This document shows positions 19,530 through 29,677 of a stretch of DNA of 64,000 nucleotides, one piece after another. Made by a program: the position numbers and the translations under genes. The notes under the pieces were generated by a model. That model ran no database searches and was not told the DNA's origin. It saw nothing but the letters and a program-made list of their open reading frames with translations. Position 1 is the first letter of the stretch; every line of letters starts with the position of its first letter. The stretch is taken from NCBI GenBank assembly GCA_964592405.1, contig CAZQBY010000001.1, forward strand, positions 18,459-82,458, read 5' to 3'. This stretch comes from an uncultured archaeon (GTDB taxonomy: Archaea; Altiarchaeota; Altiarchaeia; JAFGQM01).

Positions 19530-20585
19530 TCAGTCCACAATATAGGTTTTTATCTTGCCCCCACTGCTGAAATTCGATGAGATGTTATATGCCCCTGCCT
19601 TGTCAAATACTATTATATCACCCTCGGAGACTTCTGGCAGTTTGACACTTGGATTGAAGACATCCAGATTGCATAGTGACGAGCCAAGGATACGATAGAT
19701 TTTTTTCCTCTCTCCCAAACTCCTGCCGGGAACTCTGCAGGGCAGAATAAGCCCGGCTATTATTGTATCTATATGCACATCATAAACCGAGCAGTTCACA
19801 ACAACGTCCTGTCCGTCAACCAGTTCCACCCTTGCAACAAGGCTGCAGGCCGGGCCCACTATAAATCTGCCCGGTTCGGCAATCAACCTCTTTTTCCCAA
19901 ATCTTTTTATGCCTCTTTTTATTTCATCAATTACCTTTTTGCATCCATGACCGGTATAGTCCACGGGCAAGCCGCCACCTATGTCAATTGTATCCACATC
20001 TATTTTTGCATCAATCGCCAAGAGCTCTTCGAACTTGGATCGCCACATCATTGGATCGTCCATCTGTGATGAAGAATGATGCAGAATACCGCTCTCTATG
20101 CCACGCGCTTTACATCTCTCCACAAGTTCATTTACCTCCCCGATATCAAAGCCCGGAACATAATCCCCGGCGTATCTGTTATCGGCAGGTTTGGCCATAA
20201 TGCGCAACAGAAGACTAAAACCTCGGCCAATCTCCTCTATTATATTATCAAAGGCCTTCCTGCTCTCTACAACAAAGTTTTTACATCCCAGCCCGATCAG
20301 CCTCTTGACGCGCTCCTTTGTCAATGCCCGCTCATAATGATAAATCCTTTCTGGTCTGATCCCCATGGACATCAGCAGGAGAAATTCCTCCTGACCTGCG
20401 GTCGAGAACCCTGTTCCAAAATCACGAAGCTCATGTAGTATTACCTGCTCAGGGTTTGTTTTGACAGAATAAAACACCTCCAGCCCCATATCTCTCAGAA
20501 CTCCAAGTTGCTTTTGAAGGACCGATCTGGAACATATTATGAAAGGCTCTTTGGACCCTAAGAGATACTCAGGAATCTCAATCAT
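19530..20585 (-). CDS. PLP-dependent Orn/DAP/Arg decarboxylase family protein
   Basis: YSVKTNP (PLP Lys), DIGGG, EPGRF, GSSLCNLD, GAY. Confidence 0.9.
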   Translation of the reverse strand: MIEIPEYLLGSKEPFIICSRSVLQKQLGVLRDMGLEVFYSVKTNPEQVILHELRDFGTGFSTAGQEEFLLLMSMGIRPERIYHYERALTKERVKRLIGLGCKNFVVESRKAFDNIIEEIGRGFSLLLRIMAKPADNRYAGDYVPGFDIGEVNELVERCKARGIESGILHHSSSQMDDPMMWRSKFEELLAIDAKIDVDTIDIGGGLPVDYTGHGCKKVIDEIKRGIKRFGKKRLIAEPGRFIVGPACSLVARVELVDGQDVVVNCSVYDVHIDTIIAGLILPCRVPGRSLGERKKIYRILGSSLCNLDVFNPSVKLPEVSEGDIIVFDKAGAYNISSNFSSGGKIKTYIVD

Positions 20586-20596
20586 ACTACCTCCTC

Positions 20597-21520
20597 TCAA
20601 AGTTGGTCAAGCACATAGCTCATGACAAGCGGGAAGAGGATGCTGGCATCGCCATGGACAGTTACAACATCGCCGGAGGATTTTATCTTTCCCCAAGATT
20701 TTGCTTCCTTAGCAGGCGCTCCTGAAAGTGAACCCGAGTATGGGGAGGCAGTGGTTATATATACAGCATAATCAACCCCACCATTGGTGAGGTTGGCCAG
20801 TATGGCATGGTGCTTTGAGACCCCGCCACCCAGCACAATCAGGCCTATCTGCTCTTTGGGTGAAGCCTCCAAGGCGATGTTCTTTAGGTCCTTGACCACA
20901 TCTATCTGGAAATCAATGCTGTTCCGCATGTCCTGAAGCTGAAAACCGAAGCTGCCGTCTGTTATGGCGGGGCAGTAGATAGGAACCTTATTTCTGTGGG
21001 CCTGATACAGGATAGAATCATTGTCTTCACAATATCTGCCCAGCCCGCGGATTAGCTCCGATGGCGTTATTGCACAGCCCGGTTTTATTATTTCCTTCAG
21101 GGCTGCCTTGAGTGTTTTCTCGAACAGGAGGTAATCGTCTGACCGAATCAGTATATTGCCTATGCGGTTTATTCCCTTATGGCACAGAGTTGCGTCATCC
21201 TCTTCAAAGCTTCCAACAAAAAACTTGCCCTTGTGGGCCTTGATAAAATCTTCCTCGATGCTGCCCACAGTTGTAACGACAACATGCACGAGACCTTTCC
21301 TGATAATCTGAGCAAAGAATCCTCTCAGACCGGAGGATACCATGTTTGAAGTGAAGCTCAGGAATATTCTGGCCCCCTCTCTTTTCATCTTCAGGATTAT
21401 ATCCCCTGCCTTCTTTAGCTCTGAGGCCTGGTAACCTACAGAACCCAGCTCCTCAAGTAGCTGTGAGGCGGAGATGCCTCTCTTCCATTTAAAATCTTCT
21501 ACAGGAACAGAGAAATCCAT
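20597..21520 (-). CDS. dys: Deoxyhypusine synthase family protein
   Basis: FTSNMVSSGLR, INRIGN, PAITDGS, GGGVSKHH, GSLSGA...EAKSWGKI. Confidence 0.93.
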   Translation of the reverse strand: MDFSVPVEDFKWKRGISASQLLEELGSVGYQASELKKAGDIILKMKREGARIFLSFTSNMVSSGLRGFFAQIIRKGLVHVVVTTVGSIEEDFIKAHKGKFFVGSFEEDDATLCHKGINRIGNILIRSDDYLLFEKTLKAALKEIIKPGCAITPSELIRGLGRYCEDNDSILYQAHRNKVPIYCPAITDGSFGFQLQDMRNSIDFQIDVVKDLKNIALEASPKEQIGLIVLGGGVSKHHAILANLTNGGVDYAVYITTASPYSGSLSGAPAKEAKSWGKIKSSGDVVTVHGDASILFPLVMSYVLDQL

Positions 21521-21553
21521 CGTTATTTTTCTAATTCCAGGCTTTAAAACCGT

Positions 21554-21916
21554 GTGAAATTAGTCAACAAGACGCGGAAAACCACAATCTCCGAGGATGC
21601 CAAGGAGGCACGGAGCTTTCTTGCGCGCATAAGGGGACTTATGCTCACCAAGAAGCCGCAGACCCTAGTCCTCGTCTGTCCGCACCAGTCTGTGGAGACC
21701 TCATCTGTCCATATGTGGCTCATGAGGCAGCCCATAGATATCATCTGGCTGGATGACAGACTGGAGGTGGTAGACATCTATGAAGATGCCAGGCCGTGGG
21801 CTCTCAGGATTTTCAGGCCGAAATCTCCTGCCAGATACGTCGTGGAGTGTCCAGTAGGGACTATAAGGCGCACAAAGACAAAGGAGGGTGATGCTTTTTC
21901 TTTTTCAAAGGCCTAA
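21554..21916 (+). CDS. DUF192 (UPF0127) family protein
   Basis: SFLARIRGLM, VHMWLMRQPIDIIWLD, YVVECPVG. Confidence 0.85.
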   Translation: MKLVNKTRKTTISEDAKEARSFLARIRGLMLTKKPQTLVLVCPHQSVETSSVHMWLMRQPIDIIWLDDRLEVVDIYEDARPWALRIFRPKSPARYVVECPVGTIRRTKTKEGDAFSFSKA

Positions 21917-21920
21917 ACTT

Positions 21921-22769
21921 ATGATGCTCATTTTCCACAACCAAAAATCGGCACCCCTCACCAAAGAAGTTGCTGGTGGCATGGGGGCGGATCTTGGTCA
22001 AATCGAGAAAAAGGTCTTTCCCGACGGTGAGATTTACATCCGCCTGCTGACACCAGTCAGGGGCAGGAGAGTTGTCCTCGTCCACACGACCAAGGACAAC
22101 GATGATCTGGTGGAGCTCATTCTAGTTCTCTCGGCGCTTAGAGACAATGGCGCCTCTCACATAACATGTATAGTCCCCCACCTAGTCTACCAGAGACAGG
22201 ATGAAGCCTTTAAGGATGGGGAGGCGGTCAGTGCGCGGGTCTTCCTCAGGATTATAGATGAGTTTGCTGATGAGATAATTACAGTCAATGCCCACTTCTT
22301 AAAAACTGCGGGCAGGGCGAAGTTTGGTGGAGTGGAGGTCACAAATCTGGACGCATTTCCTCTCCTAGGCAGGCGCTTCAGGGGGAGGGTTCAGAGAATA
22401 TTTTCTCCAGACGAAGGATCCCTAGATTATGCTGCAGCTGCTGCTAGAGAGATTGGCTGCCCATATGATCATCTGGTCAAAAAGCGCATCGATGGAACGA
22501 CTGTAGAAATACAGCCAAAGGAGTTGGATGTCAGGGGTTTGGAGGTCTTAATCCTAGACGATATCATAGCCACTGGCGGAACCATGAAAGAGGCGGCTGA
22601 GATGCTCAGATCGCAGGGAGCCAGAAAGGTGTATCTTGCTTGTGTTCATGGGATTTTTGCAAAGGGTCTGGGTATGTTCAAGGATATGGAGGTTGTTTGC
22701 ACGGATTCCCTCCCAACAGGTGTCAGCAGGGTATCACTTGCACCCATTATTCTAAAGGCACTCAAATGA
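21921..22769 (+). CDS. prs: Ribose-phosphate pyrophosphokinase
   Basis: FPDGEIY, YQRQD, SPDEG, ILDDIIATGGTM, CVHG. Confidence 0.95.
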   Translation: MMLIFHNQKSAPLTKEVAGGMGADLGQIEKKVFPDGEIYIRLLTPVRGRRVVLVHTTKDNDDLVELILVLSALRDNGASHITCIVPHLVYQRQDEAFKDGEAVSARVFLRIIDEFADEIITVNAHFLKTAGRAKFGGVEVTNLDAFPLLGRRFRGRVQRIFSPDEGSLDYAAAAAREIGCPYDHLVKKRIDGTTVEIQPKELDVRGLEVLILDDIIATGGTMKEAAEMLRSQGARKVYLACVHGIFAKGLGMFKDMEVVCTDSLPTGVSRVSLAPIILKALK

Positions 22770-25133
22770 GAATCTCAGCTCCTTACCCCTCCTGATCTCA
22801 AGGCTTTTAATCCTGCCAGTCCCTCTTATATCCTCTTCTATTCTCTCCACAGCCCTGGTATCCGGAGCCTCTATTACAACTCTCTTGAGCTCTGCGCCTA
22901 GGGACAAGTTGTTGTCGCTCTTATATTTGCGAATCTCATCTATTATCCTGACCAGCAACTCCCCGTCCCTCTCAGCATCCTTGTCAATAAGGTGTTTGTC
23001 GACATTTGGGAACTCCGTCAGGTGGACAGATCTCTGTTTGAATATCTGTGTATATATCTCCTCTGATATGTGCGGGGTTATGGGTGCCAGGAGGCGGAGG
23101 ATGTTCTCAAGGACATAACTCAGCGTATACTGTGCCATATACCTGGATTCATCACCATATATCTCAGGCTTGTATAGACGGTGCTTGACGATCTCCAGAT
23201 AATAATCTGCAAAGTCATGCCAGACAAAACTCCGTATCTCCTGCAGGGGTATGTTGAAGATATAATTCTCAAAGCACTCTGTTGTTGTTTTTATTACAGA
23301 CTGAAGTCTTGAGAGTATCCATCTGTCCGGAGGCCTTAAACCCTCAAGCGAACTGTCCTGTGAGTAGCCCTTCAGATGGTTTTCTATGAAGCGCGATATG
23401 TTCCACAGCTTTGTCAGAAACCTATTGGAGTGCTCACATTCATCCCAGGAGAATGGATAGTCTTCACCAAGTGAGCCAGCTGCGGCCCACTGCCTTATCG
23501 CATCTGCCGGATACCGCCCCAGAACATCCTCCGGCTCGATGACATTTCCTAAAGACTTGCTCATTTTCTTACCATCCGGCCCGGCCACCATACCATTTAT
23601 CATCAAATCCCTGAAGCAGGGCTGTCCGGTCAGCATAAGGTTTCTGAATATTGTATAGAAAGCCCATGTCCTGATTATCTCATATCCTTGGGGACGCAGG
23701 CTTACTGGGTAGGTTTTCTTGAAGAACCCATCATCTTCCCCCCATTTTGTGATGATCAGCGGAGTAATAGATGAATCTATCCAGCAGTCACACACGTCTT
23801 GGTCCCCCATTGCCTTACCACCACATCCACACTTTTTAACTGTCCCCCGTGGATCTACCGGCAGTTCCTCCTCTTCGGCAGGAATTACCTTGCCACAGCT
23901 TTCGCAGATCCAGAACGGAATTGGAGTCCCAAAGACTCTCTGTCTGGAGATTATCCAGTCCCAGTCCATGGAATCAGACCAGTCTTCCAGTCTGCCGAGC
24001 ATGTAACTAGGATACCATTTCATACTACGGGCTGCCTTCTTTATATCAGGTAGAAATTCCTTGACTTTGATGAACCACTGTTCCATTGGAAGCAGTTCTA
24101 TGGGCGTATTACATGATGATCTCTCTGTATGGCACAGGACGTTATGGGAAAATTCCTCAACCTTTCTTATTCTACCGGCTTTCTCCAGCTCAGAGACTAT
24201 GGATTCCCTCGCCTCATCTATATGCATGCCTCTGAAATCTCCAGCTACCTCGGCCATTTTTCCATCCGGCTCCACAGCTACCACTACCGGTAGCTTGTAT
24301 TTTTTCTGCCATCTGATGTCCTGTTCATCACCAAAGGTACAGAGATAAACTACACCTGTTCCAAATTCCATATCCACACTCTCATCAGCTATTATCGGAA
24401 CCTTCTGGCCGAAGATAGGCATTACTGCTCTCCTGCCGATGAAGCTCTTATAGCGTTTATCATCCGGATGAACAAACACTGCAACGCATGCAGGCATCAT
24501 CTCCGGCCGTGTGGTGGCGATTGTTATTCTGTGTTTATCCTCGACATCCACGTCTATGTAGTATAGCTTACCGGACCTGTTTATGTAGCCAACCTCGGCC
24601 TTGGCAAGGGCCGTGCCACACTTCCAGCACCACAGGATTGGATGTTTGGCTCTGTACAACAACCCTTTCCTGTAGAACTCCAGGAGAGTCTTCTGGACGC
24701 GTGCCTTGTAGGAGTCCTCCATGGTCCTGTAGCTGTATGACCAGTCGGTACTATATCCCAACGAGTCAAACTGGCTCTTCATGCGCGCTATAGCCTTTTC
24801 AGTCCACTTTCTACATGCCTGGAGGAATTTATCACGCTCCTGTTTTTCGACCCCGGCTTTCTTCTCGACTGCCAGCTCTGTTGGCAATCCATGACAGTCA
24901 AACCCCTGTGGCAGGAGGACACTGTGCCCGGTCATGCGCTTGTAGCGCGCGATTATGTCTATCCAGACGTGGTTATAAACATGGCCAAGATGCAGGCTGC
25001 CTGATGTAAAAGGAGGCGGAGTATCCATGGAGTAGACCGGCCGGTCGTCCAGCCGAAACTTGTACAGGCCCTCCTTGGCCCACTGCTGTTGCCATTTTCT
25101 TTCTATTTCGGGGCTGAATCTCTTAGGAAGCAT
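22752..25133 (-). CDS. valS: Valine--tRNA ligase
   Basis: DTPPPFTSGSLHLGH, ATTRPE, CTFGD, DWIISRQRVFG, QGYEIIRTW, KMSKS. Confidence 0.97.
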   Translation of the reverse strand: MLPKRFSPEIERKWQQQWAKEGLYKFRLDDRPVYSMDTPPPFTSGSLHLGHVYNHVWIDIIARYKRMTGHSVLLPQGFDCHGLPTELAVEKKAGVEKQERDKFLQACRKWTEKAIARMKSQFDSLGYSTDWSYSYRTMEDSYKARVQKTLLEFYRKGLLYRAKHPILWCWKCGTALAKAEVGYINRSGKLYYIDVDVEDKHRITIATTRPEMMPACVAVFVHPDDKRYKSFIGRRAVMPIFGQKVPIIADESVDMEFGTGVVYLCTFGDEQDIRWQKKYKLPVVVAVEPDGKMAEVAGDFRGMHIDEARESIVSELEKAGRIRKVEEFSHNVLCHTERSSCNTPIELLPMEQWFIKVKEFLPDIKKAARSMKWYPSYMLGRLEDWSDSMDWDWIISRQRVFGTPIPFWICESCGKVIPAEEEELPVDPRGTVKKCGCGGKAMGDQDVCDCWIDSSITPLIITKWGEDDGFFKKTYPVSLRPQGYEIIRTWAFYTIFRNLMLTGQPCFRDLMINGMVAGPDGKKMSKSLGNVIEPEDVLGRYPADAIRQWAAAGSLGEDYPFSWDECEHSNRFLTKLWNISRFIENHLKGYSQDSSLEGLRPPDRWILSRLQSVIKTTTECFENYIFNIPLQEIRSFVWHDFADYYLEIVKHRLYKPEIYGDESRYMAQYTLSYVLENILRLLAPITPHISEEIYTQIFKQRSVHLTEFPNVDKHLIDKDAERDGELLVRIIDEIRKYKSDNNLSLGAELKRVVIEAPDTRAVERIEEDIRGTGRIKSLEIRRGKELRFSFECL

Positions 25134-25818
25134 TGTTTTGAGAAGCACCGTTTACTTTGCTGCATTGATTTAAAATATCCTCTCCAAACTCCTCCAGTGT
25201 GTTGAGCAGATAATCGGGCTTTGCCGCTTTTAGCTCCTCTTTATTACATGCTCCGGTTGCAACAGCGACGACCTTCATTCCTGCTGCATGCGCAGCCTCC
25301 ACCCCATACACAGCATCCTCAACGACTAGGCATTCTTCCGGCCTGACGCCAAGTTTTTTCGCTACCAGCAGAAACATTTCTGGATTTGGCTTTGCCATTT
25401 TGACATCATTGCCCGTAACTACTGTATCAAAATACTGCTCCAACCCGAACTGCTTTAAGATGTTGCAGGCCGCATATGGCCGGGATGATGTAGCCAGCCC
25501 AAGCCTGTATCTACCCTTCAGCGATTCCAGAAGTTTCAGGACACCTGGCAGGATTGTCACATCCTTGACCCTTCTTATAAATTCATCTCTGATCCTGTTT
25601 ACCAGAGCGTCTATATCTATCTTGCTTCTGTCTATACCCATCTCCTCCAAAACTGAGATCATTATTTCTGTTGCACGCATGCCAAACTTTCTTCTGACCA
25701 TGTCTTCATCAGGCTGCAGGCCGAGATCCTTCCTCAGAATAGCCAAATAAGTTGCGAGATAGTGCGATGTGGTATCCACTAATGTTCCGTCAAGATCAAA
25801 GATTATAGCCCTTATCAT
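25123..25818 (-). CDS. HAD-superfamily phosphatase
   Basis: FDLDGTLVD, KPNPE, VEDA..GVEAA. Confidence 0.92.
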   Translation of the reverse strand: MIRAIIFDLDGTLVDTTSHYLATYLAILRKDLGLQPDEDMVRRKFGMRATEIMISVLEEMGIDRSKIDIDALVNRIRDEFIRRVKDVTILPGVLKLLESLKGRYRLGLATSSRPYAACNILKQFGLEQYFDTVVTGNDVKMAKPNPEMFLLVAKKLGVRPEECLVVEDAVYGVEAAHAAGMKVVAVATGACNKEELKAAKPDYLLNTLEEFGEDILNQCSKVNGASQNNAS

Positions 25819-26336
25819 TTGAGCTCTTTTAGTATCCTCTCAGGGCTCTCTAGGATTTTTATTCCCTCCTGTTCCAGATATTTTATATTTCTCAGATCCG
25901 CCTTCCTTGGCTTCATATGCACAATGCTTCCCCCCGGTGTCAGGACATCAGGTATTCTGACCTTTCCACCAGTCCAGTCTGTGGGGACCATATAGACCTT
26001 TATACCTGTCTTAAGGGCAAGTGAGACTGCTGTCGTCACCAGATTGTCAGCTATGCCATTGGCCACCTTTGCTACCGTATTGGCAGTGGCCGGCGACACC
26101 ACGACCATGTCATATTGCCTCATGCTCACCTTGCCTGCCTTTGGCGCTGAGTAATTGTTGTCCACCTCAACCTTCCAAGCCTTCCTTATCGCGCGTAACA
26201 GACCATAGCTCTTCAGAACTTCCTCACCCGCCTGCGAGAGGAATACCATTATGTTGTCGTCCATCAGCTGACCCATCACCTCTATTGATTCCTTGAGGAA
26301 TTCACCGGCTCCTGTTATACACCATAGGATGTTCAT
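25815..26336 (-). CDS. Archaeal flavoprotein (AfpA/dihydromethanopterin reductase-like, no ferredoxin insert)
   Basis: WCITGAG, SPATANTVAKVANGIADNLVT, VPTD. Confidence 0.82.
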   Translation of the reverse strand: MNILWCITGAGEFLKESIEVMGQLMDDNIMVFLSQAGEEVLKSYGLLRAIRKAWKVEVDNNYSAPKAGKVSMRQYDMVVVSPATANTVAKVANGIADNLVTTAVSLALKTGIKVYMVPTDWTGGKVRIPDVLTPGGSIVHMKPRKADLRNIKYLEQEGIKILESPERILKELK

Positions 26337-27277
26337 TTTAGGTCTGTGTAATCCAGATTGCTCCCTTTTGCCTTTTTGATTCCAATCAGGTCTACAAGCT
26401 CTTCAAAGCCTCCGCCTGCCAGCCCGTCAGCGATGATCGCTGCCCCATAGGCGGCATTGCTGCATTTGCAGGTCTTTAGCCTCTGCACATTTTTGAAACG
26501 CGCTCTTAGAAAATTGAAGACAATATCCGATCTGCTGCCGGAGACAAGGACCTCCCGCGGTTTGTACTGTGCGCGCAGGCTCTCTATGTCTTTGAGCGCC
26601 CCCTGCTGCACCTTTTCAGCTGATAGATTACTCTTCATCAGCTCCTCCTTGCTGACTATGCCCTTCAGATAGAGTAGCTCACCATCCTCACCACGCCAAG
26701 TTGAGGACGCCATTGTCCCTCCAATGCCGTCGACTATCTGGCCACCTTCAACAGCCAGAAAGGCGTCGAAACCCGAGCCGATCTCTGCTAGGATAAAACC
26801 CGTCTGAGTGTAGTGTAACTTCAGACGGTGCGCCTGCTCAACAATCCCGGCAACTGCCGCACAGAGCTTGTCCGGTGTACCCATGTCTATCTTACCATAT
26901 TTCCTTTCCTCCGGAACCGTGGGCAGCAGCTTGACGCCCGGAATTACATAAGCGTTGACTTGTTGTTCCCTCAATAGGTGCAGCACTTTCTCCAGACCCA
27001 TTACCGATCTACCCTCCCTATCACCATCCCGCTTGAGAAGCATCTCAAAGAAGTCGTTGGGTGTCAGATCCGAGACCTTCTTCAGCGGTACCCCATATCC
27101 GGACGGCGCTGTTATAAGGCGCGCGCACATCACTAGTTTTAGGATCTCTCCTGGATTATCCCGCACATCTTCAGTGCGCATAGTAGTTTCTCTAACCACT
27201 CTCCCATCATCCAGAAAGACAAATCCCCATCTGCTGCTCCCCGGGTCAATACCGAGAACCCACTCTTTGTCTTGCAT
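26333..27277 (-). CDS. DUF1464 family protein (ASKHA fold)
   Basis: GIDPGS, APSGYG, IDMGTPDK, IVDGIGGT, AAYGAAIIADGLAGG. Confidence 0.85.
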   Translation of the reverse strand: MQDKEWVLGIDPGSSRWGFVFLDDGRVVRETTMRTEDVRDNPGEILKLVMCARLITAPSGYGVPLKKVSDLTPNDFFEMLLKRDGDREGRSVMGLEKVLHLLREQQVNAYVIPGVKLLPTVPEERKYGKIDMGTPDKLCAAVAGIVEQAHRLKLHYTQTGFILAEIGSGFDAFLAVEGGQIVDGIGGTMASSTWRGEDGELLYLKGIVSKEELMKSNLSAEKVQQGALKDIESLRAQYKPREVLVSGSRSDIVFNFLRARFKNVQRLKTCKCSNAAYGAAIIADGLAGGGFEELVDLIGIKKAKGSNLDYTDLK

Positions 27278-27318
27278 TTTTAATATTTTTTCGTTATATT
27301 TAGCACCCCACACCTAAA

Positions 27319-28245
27319 ATGACAGCAAAGCCTCTCAAGCCCAAAGAACAGCGAAAACAGCGGCCACAGTCTCTGCGCTCAATCCTTGCCGAGAGGAGGG
27401 CCAGAAAGATGGCCAAGAGACTGAAGGAGGGTGGTTCTCCTGCTGCCGTTGCAAGGCATCTGCTCCACAGGACTGTTCTGGCACCAGTACCACTTAGGTG
27501 GGGTTCCAGGCTGGCCCATCTGGCCGGCGGCTGGATGCTCTTGGGCATGCCGGGACTGGTTAGGGATCCCAAGATGCAGCAGCATATCTCCTATTATGCA
27601 CCCTGGATGTTTGCGGTAGGGTCCACTATAGGCAGAATGGCTGCCAGCTCCGAACACAGGAGCTCTGCCATAGGAGGTACAGTCAATCTCAGGGAGTTTG
27701 TTCTGAATGCAGATGCTGCCAGGAGGGCAGAATACCATCTTGTAAGAAAGTTTGCAGAATATCCCAAGGCAGTTCTGCGACATTTTGGCAATGACCCCAT
27801 CCGTCTTGCACAATTCTACGCCTTTATCCACAGCATGCGGAGGGTTCCTCCAACGAGCATGTCGGGCAGGGAGATGTATCGCATAGGGAACAATGAGCCC
27901 CCCGGAATATTCAAGGAGATGGTTGTCCATGCCCTCATGTATCGTCTTAAGCAACTGCCACAAGCTCCAAAAAGAAATAAAAAGATAATGAGCAGTGTTT
28001 TGAATCAGCACAAAATTAAACTAAAACCTATGACAAGGCAGCAGGTTGAAGAGAGGAAACTTCCTGACAAATATCCGCAGCATCTGGCTGCCCTAGTCCC
28101 AACCGTTGTTGAGAGGGCCAGACCGGATACAGTCGACGAGGCAATTTCCCTTGCACTTTTCGAAGCAGCTGTAGCCCGTGCAAAGATTGATGAACACAGG
28201 CTAGTGGGCCGGATAAAAATCCCAAAAGTGGTTGAGGATCACTAA
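27319..28245 (+). CDS. Hypothetical Arg/Lys-rich protein
   Basis: 308-aa ORF filling the gap between two minus-strand genes; no family recognised. Confidence 0.7.
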   Translation: MTAKPLKPKEQRKQRPQSLRSILAERRARKMAKRLKEGGSPAAVARHLLHRTVLAPVPLRWGSRLAHLAGGWMLLGMPGLVRDPKMQQHISYYAPWMFAVGSTIGRMAASSEHRSSAIGGTVNLREFVLNADAARRAEYHLVRKFAEYPKAVLRHFGNDPIRLAQFYAFIHSMRRVPPTSMSGREMYRIGNNEPPGIFKEMVVHALMYRLKQLPQAPKRNKKIMSSVLNQHKIKLKPMTRQQVEERKLPDKYPQHLAALVPTVVERARPDTVDEAISLALFEAAVARAKIDEHRLVGRIKIPKVVEDH

Positions 28246-28724
28246 TCAATACCTGTAAACACCTCTTCAATTCTCATTAGCACCTCTCCCCTTCTGATTA
28301 TGTTATAGACGCGTTTTACCCTACCATCCTCTATCCGGGCGTCCTCCAGCTCCCTGCGGGCCTCTATTTTATGCTTGATTAACAGCTTTCCGATAGGAAC
28401 GTCCGCCCTCATCAGATCATCCTCAAATTCGGGTTCAAGGCGCTTCAATGGTATCCATGACTTTGCCTTCATCAGGACATTCCCCCCTCGGTCCAATATC
28501 TCAACTTCACGAAAGCTAACTTTGTCCGATCTGTTCACTTCCAGAGCCTGTGCCATATCGCCGGCCTTTTTGACCTCCTGTCTGAGTGTCCTGATGTCCA
28601 CAGGCCCATCAGTGATTATTTCAAGAATCTGTGTAACAGAGCCGTTGGTTACTGCCAGTATTTTTTCTATCAGACTGAGCTTTCTTCTCTCCCCGAGCTT
28701 CCTGATTATCTCAAGAGATTTCAT
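28242..28724 (-). CDS. Chorismate lyase-like (DUF98) protein
   Basis: TNGSVTQILE, DLMRADVPIGKLL.KHKIEARRE, RIEEVF. Confidence 0.87.
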   Translation of the reverse strand: MKSLEIIRKLGERRKLSLIEKILAVTNGSVTQILEIITDGPVDIRTLRQEVKKAGDMAQALEVNRSDKVSFREVEILDRGGNVLMKAKSWIPLKRLEPEFEDDLMRADVPIGKLLIKHKIEARRELEDARIEDGRVKRVYNIIRRGEVLMRIEEVFTGID

Positions 28725-29677
28725 AACAATGCGATGGTCAGGAGCATCAACAAGTCATAAAGTACATGGGTTATTATACATGCTGTAGTGTTAAGTTTGA
28801 CCCTTTCATAGCCAAATACCACACTCATAGTGAAAAGGGTTGCCATCTGCACAGGATTTGGATATTGTGTATGGGCAGCTGTGAATACCAGTGAAGTGAT
28901 GATTATTCCCAACCTCGGCTGCATAGCTCCCCTGAACAATATCTCCTCACTTATGCCGGCACCAAAGGCGAAGAGCAAGGCACTGAGGATTGTGACGCCG
29001 CCGATTATCTTCAATGTTGGGTCATCCTTGGTTTCCAATACCCCGGATTCGTATTGCAATATCATGGATATCAAACCCACAGTTATTATTATGGCAAACA
29101 GAATCCCCAGGAAACCTAGGCTCATGCCGATATCTCTGGGGCTTGGTTTCACAATACCGAGCCTTTTGAGCACGTCCTTCCATTTACGTCTGACCATCCA
29201 GCCTACACCAAAGAATGCTGATATCACAAAGAGACAATCCTGCAGGAGGACTGTTGCCATAACACTTCCGGAACCCTGCCCCAGTGCCGAAATGTCAAGA
29301 TTTGCGGCCGTTGCCAGTGAGACGCCGGTCAGCAGTATGGCAAAGACCATTGCTGTTATGTGCAACCAGTTATCTCCACTTATATCCAAAATTGCAGCCA
29401 GTCCATATCTAACCGGTTTTAGGAACAGCATTGAGGCGAACAAACCTGTCAGAAAGACAGCAACTCCGTAGCCATGAGTGGCCCCAGCATCCATGAGACC
29501 TTCCATAGCACTGGTTCCACTCATCGCAATTATCAACAGTCCATTTGCTATCACTGTCAGAATCAGCATTCCCAGAAGGACCTGTGTGATGATCCTAAAC
29601 TCCTTTTTCTTCTCGGTATAGTTTGCCAGTATCAGCAGAAACAGACCCGGCAGGAGGAGCAGTATCTCTATAGCCAT
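28721..29677 (-). CDS. CPBP (Abi/CAAX) intramembrane protease
   Basis: EEILFRG, FTAAH, THVLYD; multi-TM. Confidence 0.9.
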   Translation of the reverse strand: MAIEILLLLPGLFLLILANYTEKKKEFRIITQVLLGMLILTVIANGLLIIAMSGTSAMEGLMDAGATHGYGVAVFLTGLFASMLFLKPVRYGLAAILDISGDNWLHITAMVFAILLTGVSLATAANLDISALGQGSGSVMATVLLQDCLFVISAFFGVGWMVRRKWKDVLKRLGIVKPSPRDIGMSLGFLGILFAIIITVGLISMILQYESGVLETKDDPTLKIIGGVTILSALLFAFGAGISEEILFRGAMQPRLGIIITSLVFTAAHTQYPNPVQMATLFTMSVVFGYERVKLNTTACIITHVLYDLLMLLTIALL

